NCBI RefSeq assembly: GCF_004010195.1
Contig: NC_057720.1
Location: forward strand, 18,294,763 to 18,357,227
Reading direction: 5' to 3'
Origin: Chiloscyllium plagiosum
Lineage: Eukaryota
DNA length: 62,465 nucleotides
Position 1 is the stretch's first letter. Each line of letters opens with the position of its first letter. This document shows, piece after piece, positions 34,506-49,200 of the stretch. The notes under the pieces were generated by a model. That model saw only the letters and a list, made by a program, of their open reading frames with translations, was not told the origin of the DNA and did not search any database. Both the position numbers and the translations under genes were made by a program.

Positions 34506-37500
34506 TAGCTGTGACTAGTAGTGTGTCCAGAAAATTCAGTACCATCACCAACTCTTCTATTGGGGAGACCATAGACGGTATATCTGCAAATTGAAGCATT
34601 TGTTACTTGGCCTCCCAGATGGTGGTCAAATGTGTAATTATAATCACCTAATATTAGAGCGCACTGCCGAATGCAGCCTGAAGTCATGGTCAGCACTGAC
34701 TTATCCTCTTTAAGCAGATCAAGAAGGGGTTATCATGAATTTTCACCATTAAAGGTATTGGTGGAACTTCCTGACTTCAAATATGACCGCCAATCCCTCA
34801 TTTTCTATCTGGGCGTTATTACACTCTGCATTAGCTAAAGTCCTGGATGCATAAATGATCAGGCATTCATCTCCAGTGGACCATGTATGAACTAATATTA
34901 TTCACGTAATCTATCTACATCTATTTTTTACATCTCGTATCTCTTAATTGCAACTTACTTTCCCACCTATTTTATTGTCATCTGCAAATTTGGCTATGAT
35001 TCTTTCTATTTCTGCATCTAAGTTATTAATATAGATTGTAAATATTTGAAGCCTGAGTTATATTGTGCCAACTAGTAAAAGATGTCCATTTATCTCAACT
35101 CTCTGCCTTCCGTTGGCCAGCTAATCCACTAACCAAGCTACCAAATGACCCCGAACCCTGTGAGATTTTACCGTGTGTATTAAGCTTTTATGTGGCACCT
35201 TATCAAATGCCTTCTGGAAGTCCAGATATATTACATTCACAGAATCCCCATTATACTATATTGCTTGTTACATCTTTAAAACCATGCTGACTCTGATGGA
35301 TTGTGTTTTTGACTTTTCCAAATTTCTGACCATGGTGGTCATCAACAGGTGCTGTCTGACTTTGATTATTCACACCAGCTGTCTTTCTCTCACTTTTGTA
35401 TACCCTGGTGCACTGTGAGACCATCACACAATGTCCACCATACACTTGAATCCTTCTGCCAGTGCGTACTAGAGAGAATGGAATGCAAGGTGCATTTTGT
35501 GAAAATATTATAACCTAATTGTAGCATTTCATATTGTTTACTTATAATTTTGACTTTTTAAACTCTTTAAATAAGGGCATACTTTGGTATAAGTTAATTT
35601 AATTGGTCTCAGCTAGAAACATCATATCAGAAGAGGAGAAAAACAAAGAAAATAATGATATTGATGAAATGCAGGAAAAGGTTAATAGGTAGCTTTTAAT
35701 CCTGAAGTGGCATAGACTGGGAATGCACTTGAACGCATTCAAAACACTGCCACCTATATAAAACTCACACTAAGTTCTGTTCTCCCATCACTCGCTTAAT
35801 CTTTAACATGCAGGCTGTCAATCCAACAATATCTTAATTATAAAATTCTCATTTCTATTTTAACTCTCTTCATGGTATTGTCTTTCTTTGTTTCTATAGT
35901 CTCCTCCAAAATCAGTGCAGTCTTCCAGTTCTCCACTTCCTTGTCTCCAATTTTAATTTTGCCACTATTGGTGGCATTGCCTGGAATTCCATTTCTAAAC
36001 CTTTGCTTTTTGCTCCTTTAATGCAACTCTTTAACAATCAAGGTCTTATTGGACCAGGAGTTAATGTAGGTCAACAAGTACAAGGATGATAGATGGAAGG
36101 GAGTTGGTATTAGTATCTAGGCACAGTGTTTTTAACACAGTCAAATTTAGGAAGGGTATTCTTGGCTCATCTTGGATCATTCTCACTATACATTTCTCCC
36201 ATTTATTCCACTGTTTCGCTCATTAACCTTTAGGACTCTTGCTCAAGTATCCTCCTGTGTGCCATGGTGTTAGCTTTAGTTTGCTAATGCTGCTGTGAAA
36301 CTATGCAATCTGAAAGAGCAATCTGATAAACCTGAAAATAAAGGTTAAAGTAAATTTTACAACAAAGTTAAAATTAATTACTCAAAACAATAATTTTTGA
36401 ATGAAATATGGAAAGAAATGGGAGGACTTGAAAAAACTTAAAACAAATTTAAAGAGAAATAGCACTTTTACATAATCACACCAGGAAAAAACATAATTAA
36501 AGAAAAGAGGGTGTGCATAATTGAGTATAGTGCAATTAATTATTTTAGGCTCAAAGAGTTATGGTAGCCTTTATGCTAATAAGAAAGTAGAAAGGAGATG
36601 CATTAATAAGAAAATGGTTTATGAGTTCAAAATTTAAAATGGCTCTAAAATAAAGTTAAGCAGCCCCAGAATATTAAAAATAGTCACTGTGAGAGGAAGG
36701 GTTTTTATAAACTTTGTAGATTTACAAAAGTATGATTTATGTCTAAAAAATACAGGGCGGCAATGCTTTAAGGAAAAATGGAATTTTATGGCGCTCCTTT
36801 GCTGAAATTAGACTTGATATGTTAATGAGACAGAGAAAAGGAACAGCTTGTGGATTGGTTTAAACAGTTTGAAGAACAGTTGGGACTCAGACCTCCATAA
36901 TGTTAGTCAGCAAACAAGTTAGCTCTCTCTCTCTTGCTCTCTAAGTGTAAAGGAAATAACCCTCACAGACTTTACAAAAACTGCTAGATCAAGACCTGTG
37001 TGCAACTGACTCGTTACCGAATTGAAGAGAAGTTTTTGCCAATAATATGATGCCAAAAAGCCACAAATACGTGAGAAAATCACCTTAATTTCACTTTGAG
37101 CTTTGGAGTCTGCTCAACAGACATTGTGTCTTTTTGCCTTTGTTTTTTATCCATGATATTCCTGGAAATAAAACATTTGCCTTTCCTGCTCTATTTGTCC
37201 TTTGTGTGAATGAATGTCTGCATGTTAGATTTAAAGTGAGTGTAGTTGAAGTTTGCATATTTGTAATTAATATTGTTTCTACAAAATAACAGGTCTCCTC
37301 TGGAATATTACAGCATTTATCCAATAATGTGGTCTGTTTTAGGTGTAGCCTTGAGAGAATTTTAATCTGCATTTCTCCTGATCATCAGGAAATCTGTTGT
37401 TTCTTATTTTTCTGACATGTTCTCTCCTCGATTCCAAATTTCAAAACATTGTCTTTTTGAGGGCTGTATCATTTGGCATTTTTTCAGTTATTGGTTAGAT

Positions 37501-37584
37501 TTTGTTAGCTTTCTGAATTAACATAAATGATAAAGGTTTTAGTCTGCAGAAACACACAAGGCATTAAAACTGTTAGCACAAGCA

Positions 37585-37727
37585 GGCAAAAGTGAGGACT
37601 GCAGATGCTGGAGATTAGAGTCGGGAGTGTGGTATTGGGAAAGCACAGCAAGTCAGGCAGCATCAGAGGAGTAGGAAAATCGACGTCTTGGGCAAAAGCC
37701 CTACATCAGGAATGAGGCCAAATCTGG
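37585..37727 (-). mobile_element. Short PLE-tail insertion
   Basis: 11-bp TSD tagcacaagca (37574-37584 / 37728-37738). Confidence 0.85.
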
Positions 37728-38715
37728 TAGCACAAGCACGTCAACAAAATCTTCAAATTTGTATCTTGAGGTACAGAAAAACAAAGCAAGGATGAAATCT
37801 CAAACATGTAGCCATATACTGTACACAGAACATACTGCATACCTCGTGTATCTTTTTAGCACCCCATTATAAAAGAAATACATGAAGTTTTAGAAAGAGT
37901 TGCAACAATTCATTAAGATACTATCAGAATCCCAATATTTTTAAAATCCATTCATGGTATGTGGATATCATTGGCTAGGCCAGCATTTATTGCCTATTCC
38001 TAATTTCCCTTGAGAAACTGGTGATGAACTCCCTTCTTGAACCGCTGTAGTCTATGTGGTGTAGGTACTTCCAGAGCACTGCAATGAATATACACTTCAG
38101 AAGTTAAGATTTTTCACAAGAAGCAGCAAGACCAAGGAGTGATGTGGTCTAACAGAGGTTTTCAAAACCTCAAAGGATTATGAGGAAGGTAAGTAAACTG
38201 AGTAATTGTCAGTGAGAATTTACCATTGGACATACCATGAAGTTGAAGCAAAGAAAATTGAAAGGGCAGGTATAAAAAAGTTTGTACATAGAGGATTGTT
38301 TGAATGTTGTACTTTCTATACCAAACTATTGTTGAATTGGAAACTACAAATACTTTTAATCATAAATTAGATAGCTCTTTGAAAAAACTGACAATTAAAG
38401 AAATAGCATAGAGTGTAAGCAGGAATGACTTAATAATTTAGGCTCTTGTGAAATGAAGAATGGGAGTAGACATGTTGGGCAAAGTAATTGGTTCCTTTGC
38501 TTGACATTCTATGATTCTTCGAGAGCTTCAGGATCATTGAACATTTTGTTTTAACATGCAGTTTGGAGTCCCTCTGCTGGTTAAACTATGCTAACAGCAC
38601 AAGGACAGAAGCCGCATGAATGGAAAACTTCAGTAAACTGTTGTTTATTCTGTCCAAGGAAGTCCCTAAATGGCAGTCCTTCTCCCCTTATAACTGCCTT
38701 GTACTCCAGCACGGT

Positions 38716-39030
38716 GTGGCACGGTGGCACAGTGGTTAGCACTGCTGCCTCACAGCGCCTGAGACCCGGGTTCAATTCCCGCCTCAGGCGACTGACTGTG
38801 TGGAGTTTGCACGTTCTCCCCGTGTCTGCGTGGGTTTCCTCCGGGTGCTCCGGTTTCCTCCCACAGTCCAAAGATGTGCAGGTCAGGTGAATTGGCCATG
38901 CTAATAATTGCCCATAGTGTTAGGTAAGGGGTAAATGTAGGGGTATGGGTGGGTTGCGCTTCGGCGGGGCGGTGTGGACTTGTTGGGCCGAAGGGCCTGT
39001 TTCCACACTGTAAGTAATCTAATCTAATCT
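38716..39030 (+). mobile_element. HE1-like V-SINE, full length
   Basis: Head, V-domain, CR1-like tail and (taatc)n end, as in the 9397 copy. Confidence 0.95.
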
Positions 39031-39039
39031 AAAAAAAAG

Positions 39040-39950
39040 CTTCAACCTCATGGCCTGGCATATCCGCAACTCAACCATTACCATCAACCATGGTTCAATG
39101 AAGAGTGCAGGAGGGCATGCCAGGAGCAGCACTAGGTATACATAAAAATGAGGTGTAAACTTGATAAAGCTTCCAAACAGGACTACTTGCAAGCCATACA
39201 GGGCAAGTAGCAAGTGATGGACAGAGCTATGTGATTCCAAAACCAATGGATAGGATCAAAGCTTTGCAGTCCTGCCACATTCACCTGTAAATAATGGTAG
39301 ATAACTAAACAACACATTGGAGGAAGAAGCTCCACAAATATTCTGATTCTCACCAATGGAAGAGCCCAACACATTAATACAAAAGATAAGGTGGAAGCAT
39401 TCACAGCAAAACCAGAAGGACTGGTTGGATCCATTTCAGCCACTTCCAGTGATTCCCCAGCATCAAAGATGCCTGTCTTCAGTCAATTTGATTTACTCCA
39501 TGTGACATCAACAAACAGTTAGAGGTACTGGATACTGCAACGGCAATGGACTACAATAACATTCCAACTATAGTGTTGAAGACCAGTGCTCCAGAATTCA
39601 TTGCTCCCCTACCAAGCATTTCCAGTGCAGTTAAAGTGCTGGCATTTACCCGACTATGTGAAAATTTCCTAGGTATGTCCTGTTCACAAAAAGCAGGACA
39701 AATCCAACCCAACCAATGGTTGATCCATCTGTCTACTTTTGGACATCAGTAAAGTGGTGGAAGGTGTTATCAAGCAGCACCTGCTCAGCAATAACCTGTA
39801 CATTGATGCCCAGTTTGGATTCTGTCAGGCCCAATCAGTGACTGACCTCATTACAGCCTTGGTTCAAACATGGGCAAAAGAGCTGAATTTCAGAGGTGAG
39901 GTGAAAGTGACAGCTCTTGGCATCAAGGTCACATTTGACTGTGTGTGACC
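39040..39950 (+). mobile_element. Old LINE ORF2 (RT N-terminal part), CR1/L2 superfamily
   Basis: ORF 39739-39948 QHLLSNNLYIDAQFGF..DLITALVQTW..ALGIKVTFDCV. Confidence 0.75.
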
Positions 39951-40675
39951 TGACCTCATGCAGGACCAAGCAGCCTGCTTGATTGGCACCAATCCACAAA
40001 CATCTGTATCATTGAACATCATCTGAAAGAAAAGCATGTGTTCACATGTTCACCAGTAAGACCCAGACTTAGCTCACCAATATGTCTCTTGATTCCTCCA
40101 CTGCTGCCAAATTCAGAGAGCTTATTCAACATCTAAAACAGGATGAGAAGGAATTTCTGCCAATTAAGTATTGAGATGACTGAAGTCATTGTTTTTGGTC
40201 CATGCTCCAAAAGCTATTCCCTGGCTATTGACTCTAGCACTCTCCCTGGCAACATTCTGAAGGAGTTCTTCCCAAATGTTTTCTCATTGCTTGAAGATCA
40301 TTGTGACCCCTGAGTGTGAATGAGATAGGGATGATTAAAGCAGGGAGAACTTTCAGTGTTTTGGGGATAGGAAGGATCTGTGAGCGTACAGTGAGGGGGC
40401 ACTGAGAATGTGGGCCTGTTAGAGAGGAGGCACACCTGCTTTACCTCAATTGTAGATCCATAGTAGTCATTATTGCCAGGGACAGTGACCCCAAAATTTC
40501 AGTTCATGATCTCAATTAGGGTTGTGACACCCAGTTTAGGATGGCACGGTCTCAAGTTAAACCAGCCCATCCATTTCCTTAGTATCACATTTAATGCTGA
40601 GGTGAACTTTTGACCACATATACACACCATCACTAAGATCACCTGTTTCCACTTCAAAGCATCATCCACCTTTGT

Positions 40676-41731
40676 TGAGAGTGTGGTGCTGGAAAACCAC
40701 AGCAGGTCAGGCAGGTTCCGAGGAGCAGGAGAATCGAAGTTTCAGCATGAGCCCTTCATCAGGAAAGAGGCCTGTGGACCGTGGGGGCTGAGAGCTATGT
40801 GGGACAGAGGTGGGCTGAGAATGCAATAGGTAGATGAAAGTTGGGGGAGAAAGTGATAGGAGGGTCACGTGGTTGACGATGCCCCCCAGCACATCTCCTC
40901 ACTTGCCGCACCTCCGCCCTTGAATCCCACCCTTCCCAACGCAACAAGGACACCCCTCCCAATACCTCATCTTCTGCCTTGGGACCTCGCAACCACACGA
41001 GATAAATGTGGATTTCACCCGTTTCTTCATTTCCCCTCCCCCCACCTTATTCCAGTCCCAAGCTTCCAACTCCATCGTCTTTCCCATCTATCCGCTCCAC
41101 CCCCCTGTCTGACCTATACCCACCTTCAACTACCTATTGCATTCTCATCTATCTTCTCGCCAGCCTCACCCCCTCCCATTTATCTCTCCACCCCTCCGGC
41201 CCACAAGCCTCATTCATAATGAAGGGCTTATGCCTGAAAGTCAATTCTCTTGCTCCTCTCATACTGCCTGACCTGCTGTGCTTTGCCAGTGCCAATCTCA
41301 ATTGAGACATATAAGATTATTAAAGGATTGGACACTCTGGAGGCAGGAAACATGTTTCCGCTGATGGGTGAGTGCTGAACCAGAGGACACAGCCTAAAAA
41401 TACGGGGTAGACCATTTAGGACAGAGATGAGGAGAAACTTCTTCACCCAGAGAGTGGTGGCTGTGTGGAATGCTCTGCCCCAGAGGGCAGTGGAGGCCCA
41501 GTCTCTGGATTCATTGAAGAAAGAGTTGGATAGATCTCTCAAGGATAGTGGAATCAAGGGTTATGGAGATAAGGCAGGAACAGGATACTGATTGAGGATG
41601 ATCAGCCATGATCATAATGAATGGTGGTGCAGGCTCGAAGGGCAGAATGTCCTACTCCTGCACCTATTGTCTATTGTCTATTGTCTCTCTTGACTCTGAT
41701 CTCCAGCATCTGCAATCCTCACTTTCTCCCA
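40676..41731. mobile_element. Palindromic PLE insertion with a nested young CR1 3' end (41303-41685, +)
   Basis: Inverted PLE tails; near-perfect TSD atca(t/a)ccacctttgt at 40661-40675 / 41732-41746; the CR1 piece encodes ETYKIIKGLD..FFTQRVV and ends in (ctattgt)n. Confidence 0.85.
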
Positions 41732-43454
41732 ATCAACCACCTTTGTCCTTGTTTCAGCTCATCTGCTGCTGAAACTCTCATTCATATTTTTGTTAACTGT
41801 ATATTTGATTATCCCAATGCACTGCTGGCTTAAAGTTATCCAAACTCCTGTTACCCAAGTCAATTATTAATTTTAAAATTTTCAGCCTTGATTTCACTTT
41901 CTCCATGGCCTCCTTCATTTCTTTTCCCTTTCATCTCCTGTGATCCTACAAGGCAACTGTATTGTCTAATTGTGACTGCTTGAGCATCCCCAGTTTTAGT
42001 CGCTCTATTATTGCTGGCCATGCCTCAAGCTCAGTGAGACAGTAACTTATCTGGCTCTCTGCCTCACCTTTCTCTTTTCATACAATCCTTAATACCTAGC
42101 TGCTTGGCCATCTGATCAAATAGGTCCTTTTCTATCTCATTGCCATATATGATTTTAAAATTATCCTGTGAAGTACCTTGCAACATTTGAGTATGTGAAG
42201 GATGGTAAAAAATGTATGTTGTCATTGTTGTTACCTGTGGAGAAAGTTAAATGTAAAAATGTAAAAATATGTGGCAACATAACAATGAAATCTGCAGTTA
42301 TGGTCAACCCTATTTTTACAATTGCTTAACATCAATTGTGTACAGGAACAATGTAATGGCGACAACATTATTATGTCTGGACTTCGACTAGACTATGTTC
42401 AGATGAGCGTATAATTGTGACAGCAAAATTATTAAATGGAATATTTAGTATTAACAAATATCTATTTCTCTGCAATCAAAAAGGAGGTTTACAGAGCTCC
42501 ATGTGCATTAGATTTCATACAGCTGTAGTTAATACAACAACTTTCGATCCATTTAGATTCTTTAAAATATCGATTATCAAGAGGCTGTGTAGTAGGTAAA
42601 GTAGTTAAGTGTTCACTGTCTCACTTATAAGTTACAAGTTCACTACTGAGCATCAGTTGTCACTTGAATAACTTTGCCTCAGTAGAGTGTGTTTTATTGT
42701 TGTTTTTGATCAGGCTTCTAGCTGAAATGTCATCTGGGAGTGAAATCTCTGGAGGTGGTGTTATTAACTGACATTGTCCAGTACACTTGAATTGTACATT
42801 GTGTCAGCTGGATCCAGCAGTATTGCCGGGCATTTTCAGGATGTTTGCAGCCAGAATTATTTCACCCATTCATATTTGGAAGATCCACAGTGGCACTAAA
42901 TCGTCTGAACTGAAAGAACAAAATAAATGTATCAATAAATTGTACTTGTCACTAGCTAATTACAAGAGTGGAGAACTTGTTTACTGATCTTAAAAGCCTT
43001 GTATTCAAAGCTGAAGACTCGTGTCACTCTGAGCCCTCCACTTTCATTAAATGAGATTTCTCAGTGGGACCAGTGACCCAAGAAAAAACAATATAATCCA
43101 CTCCAGACAGTTACAAGTGGTTTCTTTAATTAAGTTTGTCATAGAATCACATAATTGCAGAATTATTATGTTGCAGAAGAAGGCCATTTGGTCCATTGTG
43201 CTTGCGTAAGCTCTATTATCTAGTGCCAGTCCCCTGCCTTCCCCCATTCCTTCACACACCATTACTATCCATAAAAAAAATCCAGTGCCCTCTTGAATAC
43301 CTCAAGTGAACCAGCCTTCACCACATTTCTAACCAGTGGATTCCAAACTCTCACAACTCACTGTGTGAGAAAGCTTTTTTTTATGTGTCTCAAACAATTT
43401 TGCAGCTCACAAAATGTCAGTAATACAAAACTATTTCAATCAGAGGTAAAGGAG

Positions 43455-44115
43455 ATCGAGGGGTGCAGGTACATAGTTCCTTAAAAGTGGCATCATAGTT
43501 AGACAGGCTGATGAAGAAAGTGTTTGGCATGCTTGCCTTCATTGGTCAGAGCATTGAGTACAGGAGTTAGGATGTCATGTTATGGCTGGACAAGACCTTA
43601 GTAAGGCCACATTTGGAGTACTGCATACAATTCAGGTCACCCTCCTATAGGAAGGATATTATTAAACTGGAAACAATGCAAAAATGATTTACAAGGATGT
43701 TACCAAGACTGGAGCATTTGAGTTATAAGAAGATGCTAGATAGTTTGGGACATTTTTCCCTGGAGTGTAAGAGGCTGAGGGGTCAACTGGCATAGATAAG
43801 GTGAATAGCCAAGGTAATTTCCCCAAGGTAGGGGAGTCCAAAACTAGAGGGCATAGGTTTAAGAGGAGAAGGGAAGGGTTTAAAAGGGACCTGAGGGGGC
43901 AACGTTTTCACAAAGAGTTTGGTGTGTGCATGGAATGAGCTGCCAGAGGAAGTGGTAGAAATGATTACAATTACAACATTTAAAAGACATTTGGACAGCT
44001 ACATAGATCGGAAAAGATTAGAGAGTTATGGGCCAAATGCAGGCAAATGAGACCAGTTCAGTTTCGGAAACCTGGTTGGTGTGGATGACTTGGCCTGAAA
44101 AACTTGTTTCTGTGC
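43455..44115 (+). mobile_element. CR1 ORF2 3' part and tail
   Basis: 'gcttgccttcattggtcagagcattgagtacaggag...ccacatttggagtactgc' and a CR1 3' UTR. Confidence 0.8.
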
Positions 44116-46334
44116 CGTATGATCTATGACTGTATGAGTTGTGTCCAATTCTAGGTGTTACCCTTCAGGATAGTATGAGGGTAAAGAAAGGAAATTGATG
44201 GGAATGTTCAAGGTAAGAGGGTTTTCATTGGAACATAGGAACAGGAGTAGGGCATTCAGCTCTTCAAGACTACCACTATTCAATGAGATCATGGCTGATC
44301 TGTGGCAGACTTGTACAATTTATTGATCAACTTTTTTTGTTTTTTTTCAATTCAGGCCAGTTAGTGTGACTGTGGATCTTCCAACTATGAATGGCTGAAG
44401 TAATCCTGCCTGCAAACATCCCAATAATTACCGGAAATACTACTGTGTTCAGCTGACACACCATACAATTCAAACACAGTGTACTGAATAATGTCAGTTT
44501 AGTGTCCCAACCACTCCAGAGGTTTCACTCCCATATGGAGNNNNNNNNNNNNNNNNNNNNNNNNNNNNNNNNNNNNNNNNNNNNNNNNNNNNNNNNNNNN
44601 NNNNNNNNNNNNNNNNNNNNNNNNNNNNNNNNNNNNNNNNNNNNNNNNNNNNNNNNNNNNNNNNNNNNNNNNNNNNNNNNNNNNNNNNNNNNNNNNNNNN
44701 NNNNNNNNNNNNNNNNNNNNNNNNNNNNNNNNNNNNNNNNNNNNNNNNNNNNNNNNNNNNNNNNNNNNNNNNNNNNNNNNNNNNNNNNNNNNNNNNNNNN
44801 NNNNNNNNNNNNNNNNNNNNNNNNNNNNNNNNNNNNNNNNNNNNNNNNNNNNNNNNNNNNNNNNNNNNNNNNNNNNNNNNNNNNNNNNNNNNNNNNNNNN
44901 NNNNNNNNNNNNNNNNNNNNNNNNNNNNNNNNNNNNNNNNNNNNNNNNNNNNNNNNNNNNNNNNNNNNNNNNNNNNNNNNNNNNNNNNNNNNNNNNNNNN
45001 NNNNNNNNNNNNNNNNNNNNNNNNNNNNNNNNNNNNNNNNCAGCAGTACGTAGCAGTCTCTTGGCATGCATGGCCTCAGCTTGGACTTCTGCTCTCAGAA
45101 GGTGATTCCTCAAAATGTGGTCCCACAATGGTTAAGTACTTCAGAAAGACTCTGATGTTTGAACTTCCAGCTTTACTTCTACTTAAAACTAGGAAGATCT
45201 GCAATGTGTAACTCTTAACGGTATTTTGTTCTACCTTGTTCTTAATATTCTGTATCTCAGTAGTTGTACTTAAGATGGCATCTTGTATGGCAACATATTA
45301 CACTTTTCACTGTACTCCTGTACTTTTGTACTTGAGTACATGTGACAATAAAATCAAATGAAGTCAAAGAATTCCAGGATTTTGACCCAATGACAGTGAA
45401 GGAATGGTGATATATTTCAAAGTCAGGATGGTGACTGGCTTGGAGTGCAACTTATAGGTGGTGGTGTTCCCATGTATCTGCTGCCCTTGTCCTTCCAGAT
45501 GGAAGTGATCATGGATTTGGAAGATACTGTCTAAGGATCTTTGGTGAATTTCTGCAGTGCATCTTGAAGATACTACTACACACTGATGCTACTGAGTGCT
45601 GGTGGAGGAGATAGTGGATGCTTGTGGATGTGGTGCCAATCAAATTGGTCCCATGAGTGAATAATAAAAACACAAAGGAGTGATACAAGTTCAAAGAAGA
45701 TCTAGAAACAGAGGAGCTAGAGTTTGAAGACTCCGATTTTGACACAAAAAGAGTGCAAATAGAGACAGAATGAGGAACACACTGACATCTAGTGAGGAGA
45801 GAAAGTGAATCTCTCCTCAGACAAGATCACCTTTTAAGTTTGATAGCAAGTGAGACAAGAAGCAATATGCAAACTTGCTAACCAAGATCTAAAACTTGAA
45901 AAGCTATGTTTCGCTCAGAGATGCTTAAGGGGTGGGCATTTTTCCAGAAGGGAGCAAACATGAACTGGGGTGTTATTTGTTAATTAGTTGATAAGGAACT
46001 CTGGATAGTTATGCCATCAATATTGCTGTGACACAGGGAGAGAGGGTTCATAGTAGATGTTTTGCTGAGGGTAATCATTATCATGAAATTTGGAAGTGAA
46101 AGCTGTTACTGGACAGGACACCTGACCTATTACATGTGAATAAAGAACAGCATATTGTTGAACTGTAGCTATACAGCACCATATTATTATGGGGAATGGT
46201 GCAAATGCTTGTGGTTGCATAAGATTTATCTTGGATAGTTAACAATATAAAGTGAAATTTATCTTTTTATATGAAGTATCATTTGCATGTTTAATTTATA
46301 CTGATATGAGATTTGTGTTAAATATACATTATAA

Positions 46335-47025
46335 AAGTCATCGAATCACAGAGATCTACAGCACAGAAAAAGACTCTTTGGCCCATTGAGTTTGCACCAG
46401 GCAAGAGCATACACCTAACTATTCTAATTCCATTTTCTAGCATTTGACTTTGTATACCTAGGCATTGCCAATATTGATCTAAGTACTTCTCAACTGTTTG
46501 GAAGGTTTGGAAGGTTTCTGCCTCCATGAAACCTACAGGCCATACGTTCCAGATTCCCACCACCCTCTGGTGAAAACAAGTCACACCCTCTCTAAACCTC
46601 ATTCCCCTTATCTTAAATCTATGCCCCCTGGTCATTGATCTCTCCATCAAAGGGAAATGTTCCTTCATGTATAGCCTATCTATAAAAATTTTATACATCT
46701 CAATCATGTCTCCTCTCAGTTGTTTCTGTGCGAAGGAAAACAGCCCTAGTTTATCCAATTTCTTTTCAGAAGTAAAATTGTCCAGCACAGAAAACATGCT
46801 GGTAAATCTCCTCTGCACACTTTCCAGTGCAATCACACCCATACTATTGTGTGGATTCCAGAACTGCACGCAATAATCTAGCTGTGGCCTAACCAACATT
46901 TTATATAGTTCCAGCAAAATGTTCCTGCTCTTAAACTCTGTGCCTTGGCTATTAAGGAAAGTATGTCTTCTTAACCCCTTTAACTACCCATCCTGCTACC
47001 TTAAGGAATCAGTGTACATTCACAC
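46335..47025 (-). mobile_element. CR1 ORF2 C-terminal fragment
   Basis: ORF 46318-46917(-) LVRPQLDYCVQFWNP..LESVQRRFT..LRGDMIEMYKI. Confidence 0.85.
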
Positions 47026-47848
47026 TGTTATGATGCGGAGGTCAAACCCCTCTGTTAATTAAAACTAAACACCCAGAAAAGCTCATCTCACCTTGTAATG
47101 TGTTAAAATTTATGTGTGTGTGACACAGAACTCCTAATTTCCACTATCTAAAGAAAAATAACAATTCATTTTCCTAACTCTAATAATGAACACTAAACAA
47201 AACTATTAACAAACCAAGCACTCTTTCCCCTAATTAAGCACTATCCCTTAAGTGAGCACCATTGCATCAATATGCTGTTTGAATAACGCAATTATTAAAC
47301 ATTACACAAACTTAATCTCAAATCCACACAATCTCTTATGTTGTTTTCCTTCTGGTCTTCTGATTCTGCCATCTTCTCCCTGGGTTTTCTTCATTCTTTT
47401 TACGGTAAGTATTTTTTACAGGAAAAGGTACCTTTTGATAGATAGTGCCTTCTGATTTTTTTGAGAGCCTTTCATATTAGATGGACAGTTAACTCTCCGG
47501 CTATACAGTAGTTGCTCTGGCCAATTTTCCAAATGCCCTGGTCTTATACCCTCCAACATTGTTCCTTCTCATTGGCCTGATGTTGTCAATACAATAAATT
47601 CAAACTTAATTGGGTTTTAGTATCCTGGGCACAATTTAAATTAATTGGTTAAATTTGAATTATTGTCAAAACAGCAACCAAAACTCAGGTATCCATTTAA
47701 CAGCCAGTTGTTACATGTATCTATTTTGGAACAGCCCATCTCTTAGCTGTTCTGTTCTGGCAGCTGAGGCTGTACTTTAAATTTACTTTAAAATTCAGAA
47801 AACACTTTCTATCTTAAAGTGAACATACACCCTTTTGACCTCATAACA
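47026..47848. mobile_element. Solo LTR-like insertion (823 bp)
   Basis: TGTTATGA...TCATAACA inverted termini; imperfect 4-bp flanking repeat (acac/gcac); interrupts a CR1. Confidence 0.7.
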
Positions 47849-47989
47849 GCACAAAGTCCCTTTGATCCTTGGTTCTTCCCAAGATCCTACTGTGAAATAT
47901 TGTTGGTAATTTATTTTTAAGAATACAAGTGTAGCCAGCCTGCTCCAGTATTCTCAAACATTGCTGATCATCTGCTGCAACACTATTAT

Positions 47990-49200
47990 TGTCCTGTATC
48001 CATATCTCTTTATGTCATTAATAACTAGAAATTTATCAGTCTTTGCTTTAATCTTATTTAATGACTGAGCTACCACAGTCCTCTGGGTAGAGAATTTCAA
48101 AGATTCACCACACTTTTGATTGAAAACTTCTCTCCTCATCTTAGTCCTAAGGGGCTTGCCTTTTATTGAGACTGTGTCCCCTGGTTTTGGATCCTGTAGC
48201 CTTCCTAAAACATCCTCCTTTGGCTCTGTCAAGGAATATTAAAACAAATTTCCAACCCCTTTCTGAAGATTTGACATACTGGATTTGAAACATCAACTCT
48301 GTTTCTCTCTCCACAGATGCTGTCAGACATGCTGATTTTCTCCAGCACTTTCCGTGTTGACTTTCAACCTCCTGAAGCCTCTTTGCATCTTCATCACAAC
48401 TCACATTTTCACCATCTGTAAACTTGGAAATATTACATTCAAATCATTGACATAGATTGTGAAAAGCTCGAGCCCAAGTTTTGATCCTTAGTGCATCCCA
48501 ATTATCACAACCTGATTATAACCTGTTACTTCCTACTCTCTGCTTTCTGCCTGTTAACCAATCCTCAACCCATGGTATATGTTACTCCCAAACCCAGGCA
48601 CTTTATTTTTGTTTCCTAACCTCCTGTGTGGGAGTTTATCAAAACCTTCTAAAAATCCAAATATATCATGTCCACACATTCACCTTTATCCTCTCCTTTA
48701 GTAACATCCTCAAAAAGATCTATCAGGTTTGTCAAACATGATATCCCTTTCATAAATCGATGTTGACTCCGAACAAACAAATAATTATTTTCTAAAATAA
48801 AACAAAGAACTGTGGGTGCTAGAGATCTGAAAAAGAATTCTGGCAAAATTCAGCAGGTTTGACAGCATCTGTGGGAAGAAAGCAGAGTCAACCAAAAGAT
48901 GAAGAGTCACCAGACTTGAAACATTAACTCATTATTTTTGAAATATCCTGTAATTATATCCTTTGTAATAATGTTTTCCTTACTACTGACATTAGGTTCA
49001 CAATCTGTGGTTTTTGGGTTTCTCTCTTTTCCTTTCTCAAATGGGGGGGTTGCATTTCACAACCTTCCAGTCTGCTCGTACTCTTGTAGAATTAATAGAA
49101 TTTTGAAAGATGTTTCCCAATGTGTCCACCTATCACTGTAACCATCTCTTTCAACTGTAAATTGAAGGTCATCAGGTCCTGCTTTTTCAGCTTCCCAACC
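47990..49200 (-). mobile_element. Old CR1 ORF2 fragments with PLE-tail pieces
   Basis: ORF 48649-48846(-) SQHRFMKGISCLTNLIDLFEDVT..DMIYLDF. Confidence 0.7.

Noticed and set aside
36300..37430. Possible old LTR or unknown repeat
   Set aside because: Composition is suggestive, but I could not define termini or a TSD.
44499..45128. 180-209 aa ORFs
   Set aside because: Artefacts of the 500-N assembly gap.
45780..45796. CTCF-like motif (ctcactagatgtcagtg, minus strand)
   Set aside because: Single motif match in repeat-like DNA without supporting context.
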